A DNA stretch of 63,942 bases, filler included, from Octopus bimaculoides (GCF_001194135.2; 8 parts of 7 records of this genome joined end to end with filler, not necessarily neighbours in it); one strand, 5' to 3'; numbered from the whole stretch's first letter, positions 26,060-38,524 are shown. The notes: generated from the letters alone by a model not told the origin. Translations and numbers: made by a program.

Positions 26060-26794
26060 TGTGTGTGATTGCTCTGAGTACTATTGGTAGTGTGATAGCC
26101 TATTACATAGCCTTGACTAAACTGTTACCTGATCAGACCAGCGTTGTGAGGAAGGTTGTAAGAAACGCAGCAGTTAAAACAACTCTGAAAATGACGTATG
26201 AACTCAGCAGAAAATGAACAACTATGTAATGATAGTACACGTGAACAAAGAAATATTCAAGATGTTGAACGTGTGTACTGAAAAGCCATGTACAGAACGA
26301 TGAACCCCTGATTCTTTTCAGAATAACCCTCAAAATACAGTACCTTGGTTGACCCAATCAGTGTAGGCCATTGTGAACAAAACAGCTTTATCTGAAAGAG
26401 GAATGAAATTCAGTGTAAGCTTAATTTACTGTAACGAGTTTTACGTACGGGAGCCTGTAAGAGCCACAGACAAATGAGTAACCTTTCAAAAGTTATCTCT
26501 GATGTTGTGATGGTAGCTATATGATGCACGGCAACGATGACAAAAGACTAAGTTCCATACTTAATCTAAACCTGAAGGCACACGTTAGGTTTCAGTTTCG
26601 TGATTACAGTTCTATGCTTTCAATCGCTGGTGCAGTTGCAGTTTCTTTCGCTGTTGTTATTAACCAGTTGTATTCAGATATAAGTTGACTTCTACCAAGC
26701 ATGTGTGTGTATGTTTGCATGTATGTATGTATGTACGTAGTATGTGTGTATGTATATGTATATATAGTTGTGCATGTGCATGTATGTATGCATG

Positions 26795-26843
<49 letters not shown>

Positions 26844-27271
26844 NNNNNNNNNNNNNNNNNNNNNNNNNNNNNNNNNNNNNNNNNNNNNNNNNNNNNNNNN
26901 NNNNNNNNNNNNNNNNNNNNNNNNNNNNNNNNNNNNNNNNNNNNNNNNNNNNNNNNNNNNNNNNNNNNNNNNNNNNNNNNNNNNNNNNNNNNNNNNNNNN
27001 NNNNNNNNNNNNNNNNNNNNNNNNNNNNNNNNNNNNNNNNNNNNNNNNNNNNNNNNNNNNNNNNNNNNNNNNNNNNNNNNNNNNNNNNNNNNNNNNNNNN
27101 NNNNNNNNNNNNNNNNNNNNNNNNNNNNNNNNNNNNNNNNNNNNNNNNNNNNNNNNNNNNNNNNNNNNNNNNNNNNNNNNNNNNNNNNNNNNNNNNNNNN
27201 NNNNNNNNNNNNNNNNNNNNNNNNNNNNNNNNNNNNNNNNNNNNNNNNNNNNNNNNNNNNNNNNNNNNNNN

Positions 27272-27557
27272 GGCATGTTCCGTGGACCGTGCCTCTGCTC
27301 TCTTTCCCCGCACACGCCCCACCGTTACCCGTCTCCCGTTTCCCCTCACCTACCACCCCTCCACCCTGCCCCTCCAACGCACCATTATCCAAGCCTTCCG
27401 ACGACTCCAGTCCGACCTCTCCACCTCGCACATCTTCCCCAACCTACCCCTTCCCTCCTTCTAACGAGCCCACAACCTGCGTGACCTCCTGGTCTACAGT
27501 GTCTTCCCTAACTCCACCTTTCAACTTGGCTCGTTCCTCTGCCCCGCCCATGTACTA
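27272..27557 (+). mobile_element. GC-rich PLE fragment (RT to GIY-YIG linker)
   Basis: RLPFPLTYHPSTLPLQRTIIQAFRRLQSDLSTSHIFPNLPLPSF*RAHNLRDLLVYS, a typical PLE linker pattern. Confidence 0.8.
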
Positions 27558-27900
27558 CTGAATTGTGTTTAATTTCGTTTATTGCCGCTGAGACATCAGG
27601 GGCGCCAAACGTTATATCTGATATAGTGTGTTGGGGGTTGACATCACTGATACAGTCTAGATCGGCCATATCGGGATTGCTGAAGACAGCAGTATTGTTT
27701 CTGGAGTATCTTACTTATAGTCTTGGAATTATCTTGAAGAGTACCATTTTCATCAATTAGGGGGCCGATAGTTGAGATAATGATCTTGTGTTTTTTCGCA
27801 AGAGAGAACACTTTGGGGTTGAGTTTGATTTTCTCAATGGCCCATTTCTTTGGTTGTTGATGATGGTCTTCATGCGTTGCTGGAAGTTATATATTTTTGA
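27558..27900 (-). mobile_element. CR1/Jockey-like LINE ORF2 fragment (between APE and RT)
   Basis: WAIEKIKLNPKVFSLAKKHKIIISTIGPLIDENGTLQDNSKTISKILQKQY then frameshift VFSNP. Confidence 0.7.
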
Positions 27901-28017
27901 TTCGAGCAGGGCGATATCCGTCTAATATATGACAGTATTTTAGCTTGTTAATTTTTTTGTTTGCTCTTTTTAGTTTTATGAGAATAGCTTTTCTGTATGG
28001 GGATTCCGCACTCATAA

Positions 28018-28061
28018 ATTACTTCGTAACATTTTTTAAGAACCACCTGTCTTTACTTCTG

Positions 28062-28108
<47 letters not shown>

Positions 28109-28202
28109 ACANNNNNNNNNNNNNNNNNNNNNNNNNNNNNNNNNNNNNNNNNNNNNNNNNNNNNNNNNNNNNNNNNNNNNNNNNNNNNNNNNNNNNNNNN
28201 NN

Positions 28203-28267
<65 letters not shown>

Positions 28268-28311
28268 CAGAAGTAAAGACAGGTGGTTCTTAAAAAATGT
28301 TACGAAGTAAT
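28018..28311. repeat. Perfect inverted repeat (about 47 unique bp plus CA/GT tract) facing across an N gap
   Basis: attacttcgtaac...ctgtatac(ac)n ... (gt)n atacag...gttacgaagtaat. Confidence 0.9.
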
Positions 28312-29099
28312 CTTCTATGAATACATTAATAAAATTCTACTGATAAAGCTGTCGTAAATTTTAAACACATTTGTGTTTACTTTTATACCTACGCCATGCC
28401 AAGAACGAACCCCAGAGCCGGATTTACTGTTTATATTAAGTTTGATATCTGCATACCTACAGTATTCAAACACTTAGTGCATTCAATGTTGTTTACCCGA
28501 CTGTGAGCTCTGTTATCGTATGTAGCCATTCTGGCTTCCTATTTGTTGATATTTCTTGAGTCTATTGAATCCTTACAGTTGTATTGCCCATGAAATAAGA
28601 GCAATCACTTCTGCTTAACAACAAGAATCAGATAATGGTTCATATTTCAACAATTAGAATGAAATATGGTTTAGTAACAACGTAATAGAGCAAAACACTA
28701 GAATCATGTGATCATCTCATAGTTACAAACCAACAAAGAATGTCTATGCAGTCTTTTGCCTGCTGAAAATTACAGTCAAATGTAACTTCACTTCATACTC
28801 TACCGCCTTACAAAAGAAAAACATATTGCACAATGTAGTCTTATGTATGCAAAAAGAAATGCTGATCACAGGAGAAACGATTTTATCACTAGTCTGCTCA
28901 ACCAGAGATGATCGAGAGTTAAATATTAACATAACAACAATTTGTGGTGACATATTTCGTCAAAGACCAATTCCCGTCAGTTCTTCTCTAACGAGGATCC
29001 CTAGTAGAAGCTTCAGATTGTTCTTTTGTTTTTGTGTTTTGATTTTGTTTTTGTTTTTTTCGACACACGTAAATCAGATAATGCATATATCTAATTACT

Positions 29100-29377
29100 T
29101 GTTGTTGTTGTTGGCACTCCGTCGCTTACGACGTCGAGGGTTCCAGTTGATCCGATCAACGGAACAGCCTGCTCGTGAAATTAACGTGCAAGTGGCTGAG
29201 CACTCCACAGACACGTGTACCCTTAACGTAGTTCTCGGGGATATTCAGCGTGACAAGGCTGACCCTTTGAATTACAGGCACAACAGAATCAGGAAGTAAG
29301 AGTGTGAGAAAGTTGTGGTGAAAGAGTACAGCAGGGTTCGCCACCATCCCCTGCCGAAGCCTCGTGGAGCTTTAGGT
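29100..29377 (-). mobile_element. SINE family B (head lost in gap)
   Basis: Reverse complement of about 3520-3813. Confidence 0.9.
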
Positions 29378-29677
29378 NNNNNNNNNNNNNNNNNNNNNNN
29401 NNNNNNNNNNNNNNNNNNNNNNNNNNNNNNNNNNNNNNNNNNNNNNNNNNNNNNNNNNNNNNNNNNNNNNNNNNNNNNNNNNNNNNNNNNNNNNNNNNNN
29501 NNNNNNNNNNNNNNNNNNNNNNNNNNNNNNNNNNNNNNNNNNNNNNNNNNNNNNNNNNNNNNNNNNNNNNNNNNNNNNNNNNNNNNNNNNNNNNNNNNNN
29601 NNNNNNNNNNNNNNNNNNNNNNNNNNNNNNNAATTTTAAGTGAAAAGAGACAAACAAAAATACATTTTTGTTTGTTT

Positions 29678-29740
29678 TAATAACTGACGAGATAACGGAG
29701 CAGATTTCCGCCCCGACATCCAAAACTCGGAGCTTTATTA
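29678..29740 (+). ncRNA. Degenerate type I HHR motif
   Basis: TAATAA-CTGACGA-GAT...ATC-CAAAA-CTCGGAG-CT/TTATTA; stem I 6 bp, G12 and U16.1 mutated; related to 52875-52935. Confidence 0.5.
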
Positions 29741-29937
29741 TGGCAACCGAATAATTGTCACATATTATATTACAGATAAATTCATCTATTTACATAATAT
29801 CGAGGTCTCATCCATTCTTTTATTGTCATACTATTACTATTAATATATATATATATATATGTGTATGTATATATGTATGTGTGTATGTATGTATGTATGT
29901 ATGTATGTATGTATGTATGTATGTATGTATGTATGTA

Positions 29938-30125
29938 TACAGTCAATTCAAAAAACAGAGAAAAGGGAAAAACAAACACGCGTGAGGACGTAGTACAAGC
30001 AATATATTAATACGACGTTCGGAGAAAGAAGCGAGTAGTTGTTTTACGTTTCGAGCATAGCTCCTCTTCGGAAACAGAAAAAGCAGGAAAGTGTAAGGGG
30101 AAAGAAGGAAGGAGGAAAATCACAA
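29938..30125 (-). mobile_element. PLE terminal (pLTR-like) fragment carrying a minimal HHR at 30040-30076
   Basis: TGTTT-CCGAAGA-GGAGC-TAT-GCTC-GAAACGTA/AAACA; downstream sequence related to 34920-35040. Confidence 0.75.
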
Positions 30126-30219
30126 ACAGTCCACGTGTGTGTGTAGGTGAGACAGACAGACAGACAGACAGACAGAGAAACAGAGAGACAGAGACAGAGA
30201 GAGAGAGATGAAATATGGG

Positions 30220-30490
30220 TAGTAGCGGGTAGTGGTCAGCGTGTTGGGCTCATGCAATAAAATCGTGGGTTCGATTCGTGGACCGGCGGCACATTGTGCC
30301 ATTGAGCAAGGCACTGTATTTCACGTTGTTCTAGTCAACTCGGCCGAAATACATACCAGCTGTGTACTGGTACAGCATCAATCACTCTCTCCCTCCTCAC
30401 CAGCGATCCCATCCTCTTCCACTGTGTTCAGGGTAGGAGAGTTGACAGCATGTCTATGTAAGCTTCGTAGACACCTAAAAAATTAGTGAA
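30220..30490 (+). mobile_element. Decayed tRNA-derived CORE-like SINE
   Basis: B box gggttcgattc followed by ttgagcaaggcactgtatttcacgttg. Confidence 0.7.
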
Positions 30491-30586
30491 AGTATAGCAC
30501 GATGCTGTGTCTGTGTGTGTGTGTGAGTGTGTGTGAGTGTGTGTATGTGTATCTGTGTGTGTGTATCTCTGTGTGTGTATGTGTGT

Positions 30587-30628
<42 letters not shown>

Positions 30629-32246
30629 ATCTACACACTTGTGTTTGTTTCAGCTCCCCATCTGTATTTGATACCGCTTAGTTTTGACATAATACTTCAC
30701 TAGATAGTATCGCCTGTAATTCTTGTTATTCGCATTCCTTAGTATTAGTCTAGTAATACTTAACACATATGTACATATGTATGTATGCTCGTTTGTGTGT
30801 GAGTGTATGAGCGCGCGCGTTCGTGTGTATATGCGTGTATAAGTACGTGTGCGGTCCGTGTTCAGCGAGTTTAAGTAAATGTATGTGCATGAGGGAGGAG
30901 GTATATTTGTGCAGGCGTACGCACGTGTGTGTATATATATGTGTGTAAATATGTGTGCATGCGCGTAAATATGTGTGTATGTGTGTTACTGTGTATGCCC
31001 GCGCGTGTATGTGTATGTGTGTGCATGTTTTACATTTTCAGACAAATTATGTTTTGCAGTAGTTAAGCTGTTTTCGATGGCATCAAATACCAAGGAACTA
31101 ATATCAGTGCATTTCTTTCTTTTTTTGTTCCTCTGGTTAATGTGAATAGAGAGCTCTGTAAAGATACATATATTAAGTTACATTTATAAATTTCTAACGC
31201 GAAGAATCGACTAGAATGTATTTAGTTCTGCTAAGTTTGGAAACTAACGGTATTATAACCAGAGCATTTCACGTGATATGTACAATCGCGTACGTGTGTT
31301 TGTGTACGTTAGAATATGTGACTGTATTTTTTTTTGCGTGACTGAGGGAACGTTGATGATATGAAACCACACTAGTTGAAAATGTGGAGGCGAGTTTACT
31401 TCTGCTTTAATGAAACTAAGCTCGTTTTAAATACAAGCTCGTTTTAAATAATATTTTTAGGAGAAACGAGATAGAGACTAGTAAAATCATGCCATTTTTT
31501 TAAGCCCACGTAAAATACTTTAAACATGTCAGTCGCTAATTTAATTCATCAGTCTGTCGCATATTTTGATGAATTTCTCAACTAGGTGGAGTAAATAACG
31601 ATAGATCTGTTGTCATTGTCATAGCTCATTACCTTACATCGTAAACTGAGAAAGTACAGAAATCATTAAGCTAAAAAAAATGGATTAGCATCATTAACAC
31701 TGAAGCTATAAAAAATGGATTAGCAGGTAGACACGGAAAAAACTAGACCTTGTATGCACTATTTTTTTTCTAGTTTATGAATGATGCAATCGAGTTTTAT
31801 CTTACAGCTGTTTCGAGTAACAATGGCTGGAGCGACATCCATGCATATTATTCAATAAGACCCGATGATATTGTAGGTATATAGATTAACACGTACTTTT
31901 AGAGACCCATGATGCGAAATCATGTTATCTTCATCAGAAGACTCTGATCCTTACGCCTACTTTTTTTTATCTGACTTTTCATTTACTTCAATGCCCGCTC
32001 GAAAAAGTTCGTTCTTATAGCCGGCTTCCCTCAACAGCTATTTGCCCTGGATGAAGGAACTGGAGTGTTAAGTTTTGGATTTATCTGAGAAGTATTTGGA
32101 GAGATTTGCTTTAGCATTTTTCAACACACACTAGATATGTACACACACACATATATATATGTATGTATGTATGTATGCATGTATGTATGTATGTATGTAT
32201 GTATGTATGTATGTATGCATGCATATGTGTATGTATGTATGAACAG

Positions 32247-32277
<31 letters not shown>

Positions 32278-32333
32278 ACAGAATGAAATACAAAAAAAAA
32301 GGCTATGAAAGATTTCAGAACATTTATAAAGAG

Positions 32334-32381
32334 GTCTTACAGCTCTTTCCGAGATAGTTTATATATCCCTTCATCAGAGAC
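32334..32381 (-). ncRNA. Degenerate type I HHR motif in a PLE-like tail
   Basis: GTCT-CTGATGA-AGGGATA...TATCTCG-GAAA-GAGCT-GTA/AGAC; near-palindromic stem III. Confidence 0.65.
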
Positions 32382-34409
32382 GGTGCGAGAAAATGGTTGA
32401 GCAATAGTTATTATAGAGAAGATATGAAATACAGAGTGAAGTGGAGGAAGGGAGATACGTAAGGATATTGTATCCGCAGTTTCATTATTTGAGGAGAATG
32501 GTGAATATATAAGTTTCCTCTACTTTGTGTGTGGGTTCCGATGTTGCTTGGAATGACCAATTATAAGCAACACAGTGCCCTGTTTAGCAATACCACCTGG
32601 TTCTTGGATGCCTTGGGTGGTAGACCTAACACAGCGCTCTGTTTAAGACTACCACTTGGTCTTTGACTGCTTATAATGTTATTACATGCTTTCAGCTCAA
32701 AACCCTGGTTCTCTCACCACCAACGTTTTCCTTACAGATGTTCAGGGTAAGTACCAGCTACATCAATATCACCAGCCTGTGACAGCCTACAGAGGTCATG
32801 GACAATTTCCTTCCCACTGACTAATTTATAAATATTTCGTTAAATAATTAAAATTATTAAATATTAAACATTTTTGAATATTTCATTTTAAACACTGCAA
32901 CCTTGAATAAGATACTTTTATTATTACCGTCATGTTATTTTCAGTAATCAAAGGCAATATTTTTTTTCAACTCGAAAATATATTATTTTAGTATTTCATA
33001 TTCTATTTGTGTGTGCAGTTGAGGTTGACATATCGTTCAAGGATAACTCCAGTGTACTAAGATTTCACTGCATTAAAAACAGGTTGGTACAAATTTAATA
33101 CTATGTACACAGAGAACCAGTGGATTCACAGCAGTTGTAATAGCATATGTTTCTCTGTTTATCCAACTATCAATCTAAATCTATCAATACGTACGCGTGT
33201 CTATGTACGTGTATGCGTGAATATTATACATATGTGTGTTGTGTGTATGTGTACGTGCTCGCGCACTTGAATATACATATATACACAATGACAAATATAT
33301 ATACTACAGTCGTAATTATGTGTATGGGTGCATGTAAGTGCGTATATTATAAACTGACAGATCTGGAACATCTCAATTTTAAAATTATAAAATATATATT
33401 ATTGCCAAACTGACTGGGTTCCCTTATCTCCCGTTTGTACCTTGAAAAACACTTATGTGTACCTATATTTGACATATGTGTCTACTCGATAACATTTAAA
33501 GTATATGCGCTATAATCTTGCATTCATAAGTATATATATNNNNNNNNNNNNNNNNNNNNNNNNNNNNNNNNNNNNNNNNNNNNNNNNNNNNNNNNNNNNN
33601 NNNNNNNNNNNNNNNNNNNNNNNNNNNNNNNNNNNNNNNNNNNNNNNNNNNNNNNNNNNNNNNNNNNNNNNNNNNNNNNNNNNNNNNNNNNNNNNNNNNN
33701 NNNNNNNNNNNNNNNNNNNNNNNNNNNNNNNNNNNNNNNNNNNNNNNNNNNNNNNNNNNNNNNNNNNNNNNNNNNNNNNNNNNNNNNNNNNNNNNNNNNN
33801 NNNNNNNNNNNNNNNNNNNNNNNNNNNNNNNNNNNNNNNNNNNNNNNNNNNNNNNNNNNNNNNNNNNNNNNNNNNNNNNNNNNNNNNNNNNNNNNNNNNN
33901 NNNNNNNNNNNNNNNNNNNNNNNNNNNNNNNNNNNNNNNNNNNNNNNNNNNNNNNNNNNNNNNNNNNNNNNNNNNNNNNNNNNNNNNNNNNNNNNNNNNN
34001 NNNNNNNNNNNNNNNNNNNNNNNNNNNNNNNNNNNNNNNNNNNNNNNNNNNNNNNNNNNNNNNNNNNNNNNNNNNNNNNNNNNNNNNNNNNNNNNNNNNN
34101 NNNNNNNNNNNNNNNNNNNNNNNNNNNNNNNNNNNNNNNNNNNNNNNNNNNNNNNNNNNNNNNNNNNNNNNNNNNNNNNNNNNNNNNNNNNNNNNNNNNN
34201 NNNNNNNNNNNNNNNNNNNNNNNNNNNNNNNNNNNNNNNNNNNNNNNNNNNNNNNNNNNNNNNNNNNNNNNNNNNNNNNNNNNNNNNNNNNNNNNNNNNN
34301 NNNNNNNNNNNNNNNNNNNNNNNNNNNNNNNNNNNNNNNNNNNNNNNNCCCTCTATGTTTAGCCCCTTGTGAGCAATAAAGAAATAAATGTAAATATATA
34401 TATATATAT

Positions 34410-35040
34410 CCGCACGAAACGTGAAATCCTCTTTCTTTTCTTTCCTTTCCTGAGCGTCCAATAACACTGTACTTATTCCACGTCCTCGCGTTGTTGTTTT
34501 TTCATGTTTTTTCTTGCTTGTTCATGTTTGGATTGACTATATACCGCACGCTCACACGGACCCCGGCTTTCTGACTAACTTTGGAGATACCAATTCCTGG
34601 ATATACCAGTTCCTTTGGAGATACCAGTTCCTGTTCATTAGGATTACGCCACTCTAATCTTCATTGGAAATCATCATAATCCGTCCGTGACTCTTCCACT
34701 TTTTCCCGTCCTCCTTCTACCTTTCTTCTTTCTACTTCCACTTTTCTCTTTTTGTCGCCAACTATAACACCTGCACCGACACTCACACCCTCTCACCATG
34801 CCTTCCCTTCCAGTCATTTCAATATGTGACCACGTGTGCATCGTTAGCGATTTTCTTTCTCCGACTTCCCTTCTTTGGACTTTTCCTATATTTCTGATGA
34901 AGAGCTCCGCTCGAAACGTGAAATCCTCCTTTTCTTTCCTTTCCTGGGCGTCCAATAACACTGTACTTATTCCACGTCCTCGCGTTGTTGTTTTTTCGTG
35001 TTTTTTTTCTTGCTTATTCATGTTTGGTTTGATTGTATAT
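34410..35040 (+). mobile_element. Short PLE-derived element with about 134-bp direct terminal repeats (34410-34543, 34907-35040) and a minimal HHR (34890-34924)
   Basis: Repeats align at high identity; ATTT-CTGATGA-AGAGC-TCC-GCTC-GAAACGTG/AAAT. Confidence 0.8.
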
Positions 35041-35249
35041 ATATATATATATATATATAACTCTAATATGACCAGTACTACCACTACTACTAACACTACT
35101 ATTACTAATAATACTACTACTAATAATAATGATAACAACAACAACAACACCAATAATGCAAGCCAATCCCTTAACACCACTCTAAACATTAACTTGTCCA
35201 TAAACAGTACAGCATCTTTCTTCACATCTAACCTATGTAAGACAGGTAG

Positions 35250-35480
35250 TCGCAACTGCCGGTTCTGGACCGGATGCCTGCTGCAAGCCCCCTGCAGAAG
35301 GTTTAACATTGTATACAAATGCATTGTGCAATATAGTATACAGATGCATTGTGCACAACATATTACATAATTCTACTAGCTACTACATCGGGTCTACTAC
35401 TAATTTTAAACAGAGATATCCTGCACGTGTAAACTCATTTATATATGAAGTGCATAACAAATCCACGTCTCTGATAAATA
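35250..35480 (+). mobile_element. PLE GIY-YIG endonuclease relic (second PLE type)
   Basis: RNCRFWTGCLLQAPCRRFNIVYKCIV...YYIGSTTNFKQRY...SFIYEVHNKSTSL; frameshifted by a 25-bp tandem duplication at about 35309-35356. Confidence 0.75.
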
Positions 35481-36644
35481 GCAAAGTACCATATAGGATG
35501 TTCTAGTCCATAATAGATTCTAATGTCTCATGCCAAGATAAGCGCTCCGCATGTAGACTCTGTCTGAAAGAAGCCCTCCAAATATTAATTTCTAATTCAC
35601 CGCAGTTACTTAATAAACAACACGAAGCATTTTCTACATGTAAGCGTAAGTTCTTTCGCACCTTTAGATTCTTCCAAAGGTCCAAATGTAAGTAAAATCA
35701 GCACACATAACACTTGCCTATATGCATCCACGGTTGTTGCAATATACGTATGCTTCTCCTTCCTTTTCTTCTCTATCAACATAAGTATCTTAGAAGCTAG
35801 CCAGCTTTAATTCCTTAAATTTTGATTTTTTTCAGCTTTTAATCGTTAATTTTCAATTATTAATTCAACTTTTAACTTTAAAACTTTTAATTCTAATTCT
35901 TTCATTTGTATCCTTTATCCATTTAATTCTAGCTTTATCCTATATATACCCCCCTTAAGCTAGGCATCTAGTTTTAGCTATCCCTACTAACCACTGACCA
36001 CACCTAACCTAGATTTCATCTATTTAATTTATAGACATAAATACCTTCCTTCTCCACTTTACCAAAGCCTTAATGCCTCACCTCTCACCCCGAACCGACA
36101 CTTACGAATAATAATACTGGCATCTTATTTCTATCTCTATTCTTTTTATTTTTACTTCTTATTTCTTATTTTTATTTTGATTTTGATTTTTTATTCTTAT
36201 TTTTATTTTACTTTACTTTCACTTTCATTCATTCTTTCCCACACCTACCCCGTTCCAATCTTTTCTCTCTTTTTACTCTATTTCTCCTTTTCTCTCTTTC
36301 TCCCCCTCTCTTCTATCCACTCACTCACGACCCACATCTATCTTGATATCTGTCTTTATCCCTCTATATACCCACGTGGACCATTTACATACTAGCTAAC
36401 CACTTCCACATGAACGCATCATTCAAAATACTGCCGAAAAACTACCTGGACTTACTTGGGATTATACCTAAGGGCCTATACCTTCACGGAAGTACGGACC
36501 AACCTTCATACCCTCTGGAAAAAGATGAGCTGTGAACTTTATTCTCGTTTGTATTCATCTACCTACTTTTAATCTTTATTCTTCTATTTTATTCATTTTA
36601 ATCTGTGAATCTCCCTGTCTAGAACTTCCATACATACTCCCCTT

Positions 36645-36720
36645 GTCTCTGATGACGGAATACCTATCACTAGGGCATGTTAGCCTATCAATTGGGATAT
36701 CCCTGCCACGGGTATAAGAC
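36645..36720 (+). ncRNA. Heavily decayed HHR of the same family as 32334-32381
   Basis: GTCT-CTGATGA...gatatccct-GCCA-CGGGT-ATA/AGAC versus expected GAAA-CAGCT-GTA. Confidence 0.4.
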
Positions 36721-36921
36721 TTCAAACTAACCTTACTCTAATTAAATTATTATAAACGACTTGGATTTTGTTGTCTTTTTCCTCTAATATATACCTGCTA
36801 ACACGGAAACCTAATACGGATCCCTAGCTCCAGCCTCAGCTGTGAACTTGGAACCTAACGGATGAGCAATCAAAGCACTTACTCATCGTACCTATTCGTT
36901 TAGAACAAAACCCCTCATATT

Positions 36922-36959
<38 letters not shown>

Positions 36960-37059
36960 NNNNNNNNNNNNNNNNNNNNNNNNNNNNNNNNNNNNNNNNN
37001 NNNTTAATTAATTAANNNNNNNNNNNNNNNNNNNNNNNNNNNNNNNNNNNNNNNNNNNN

Positions 37060-37095
<36 letters not shown>

Positions 37096-37109
37096 ATTCT
37101 TTTATTCTT

Positions 37110-37330
37110 TTATATGTTTCAGTCATTTGAGTGTGGCTATACTGGAGCACCACCTTTAGTCTAAGAAATCGACGACAGGACTTATTTTTTGTACTCATTC
37201 TAGTACTTATTCTATCGGTCTGTTTTGCTGAACAGTCAGGTTACGGGGAAGTAGACACAGCAGCATCGGTTGTGAAGCGATGGTTGGGGACAAACATAGA
37301 CTCAGACAGACAGACAGACACACACACACA
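37110..37330 (-). mobile_element. SINE family A, 3' half
   Basis: Matches the family A tail and runs into the internal CA/TA tract. Confidence 0.85.
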
Positions 37331-37859
37331 CGCACACACACGCGCGGGCGCACACACACACACACACATATATATATACATATATATACACATCAAAGTA
37401 AGCAACAAGGATATCCAGAGATAATGCTGCACGATCGTTTCATGCAACTTCATTTAATTGAACAATGTAATCATTATATGACTTTTATAGTGCAGAGCAA
37501 TCCTCAGCTGCACAAAAACATAGAATTTAATTATGGACACATTAGTATAATTATACCTAATATTATACCTAATTATACCTAAAACATCCAGAAAGTTAAG
37601 GAGATAGACAAAGAACATGCTATTTCTACTACAACATAGAAGGTAATAAATAAATTGTCAAGAAGACCCTGCCTGCCACTGATTTTATTTGTTTTTCTGG
37701 GGTCGATTTTAATTTATAAACTACTTTGTCAAACCTTGTATATCTAAGGCTGAGAGAATAAAGGGCATTATCTGTTAGAGGTATGTATATATATATATGA
37801 ATGAACAGATACTTATCACGTACAGAGGTCGGGATGTTGCGACTTGTGTGTGAACATGA

Positions 37860-38524
37860 AAGCAGTAAAAAGTCGCATTGTATTGTCAAGTAGGCTTACA
37901 CATTCGAAAGGGGACTTGGCGGTAACCTTGAATTAGACGAAGAACCTGAAATCAGTGCTACCAGGCAAGCAAAAAGTATCACGCTCACTACAAAGAGAAC
38001 GTGTAATATCAAACAGAAGCGGTGGACCCAGAAGCCTTTGCATGGACAGCATATCATCCGACTTTAGAATATGATTCAGACCAAACATCAAACCATCAAG
38101 TTGAAGTGCTCAGGATTGAAGCAAGGAATGGAGGCTTCATACTGGCAGCACGTGAGCAAACGTTGCTTACTAGAAATTACCAAGCTACCGTTCTCTAAAA
38201 GGTTGCTTACCTTAAATGCAGATTCTTAACACACATGATGAAAATAATAGATGTGATCTCTCGTGCTGACACCAAACAAGTATGAAAATCGTAACGATAG
38301 TGTAGAACAGTATCTATATTGGAAAATATGTAGCCACTTCAAATTTAGAATTCCTGCTAACTGGCATGAATATCATGATGAGGCAGTCATTGACGCTAAA
38401 CATATTACCATCCTCTGGGATTTTCCAATCAACACTGACTGAATAATCACAGCTAATTGACCAGACATAATTAATGAGGACAGGGAAGAAGATACTTGCA
38501 GATTAATATATATATAAGTGTTCC

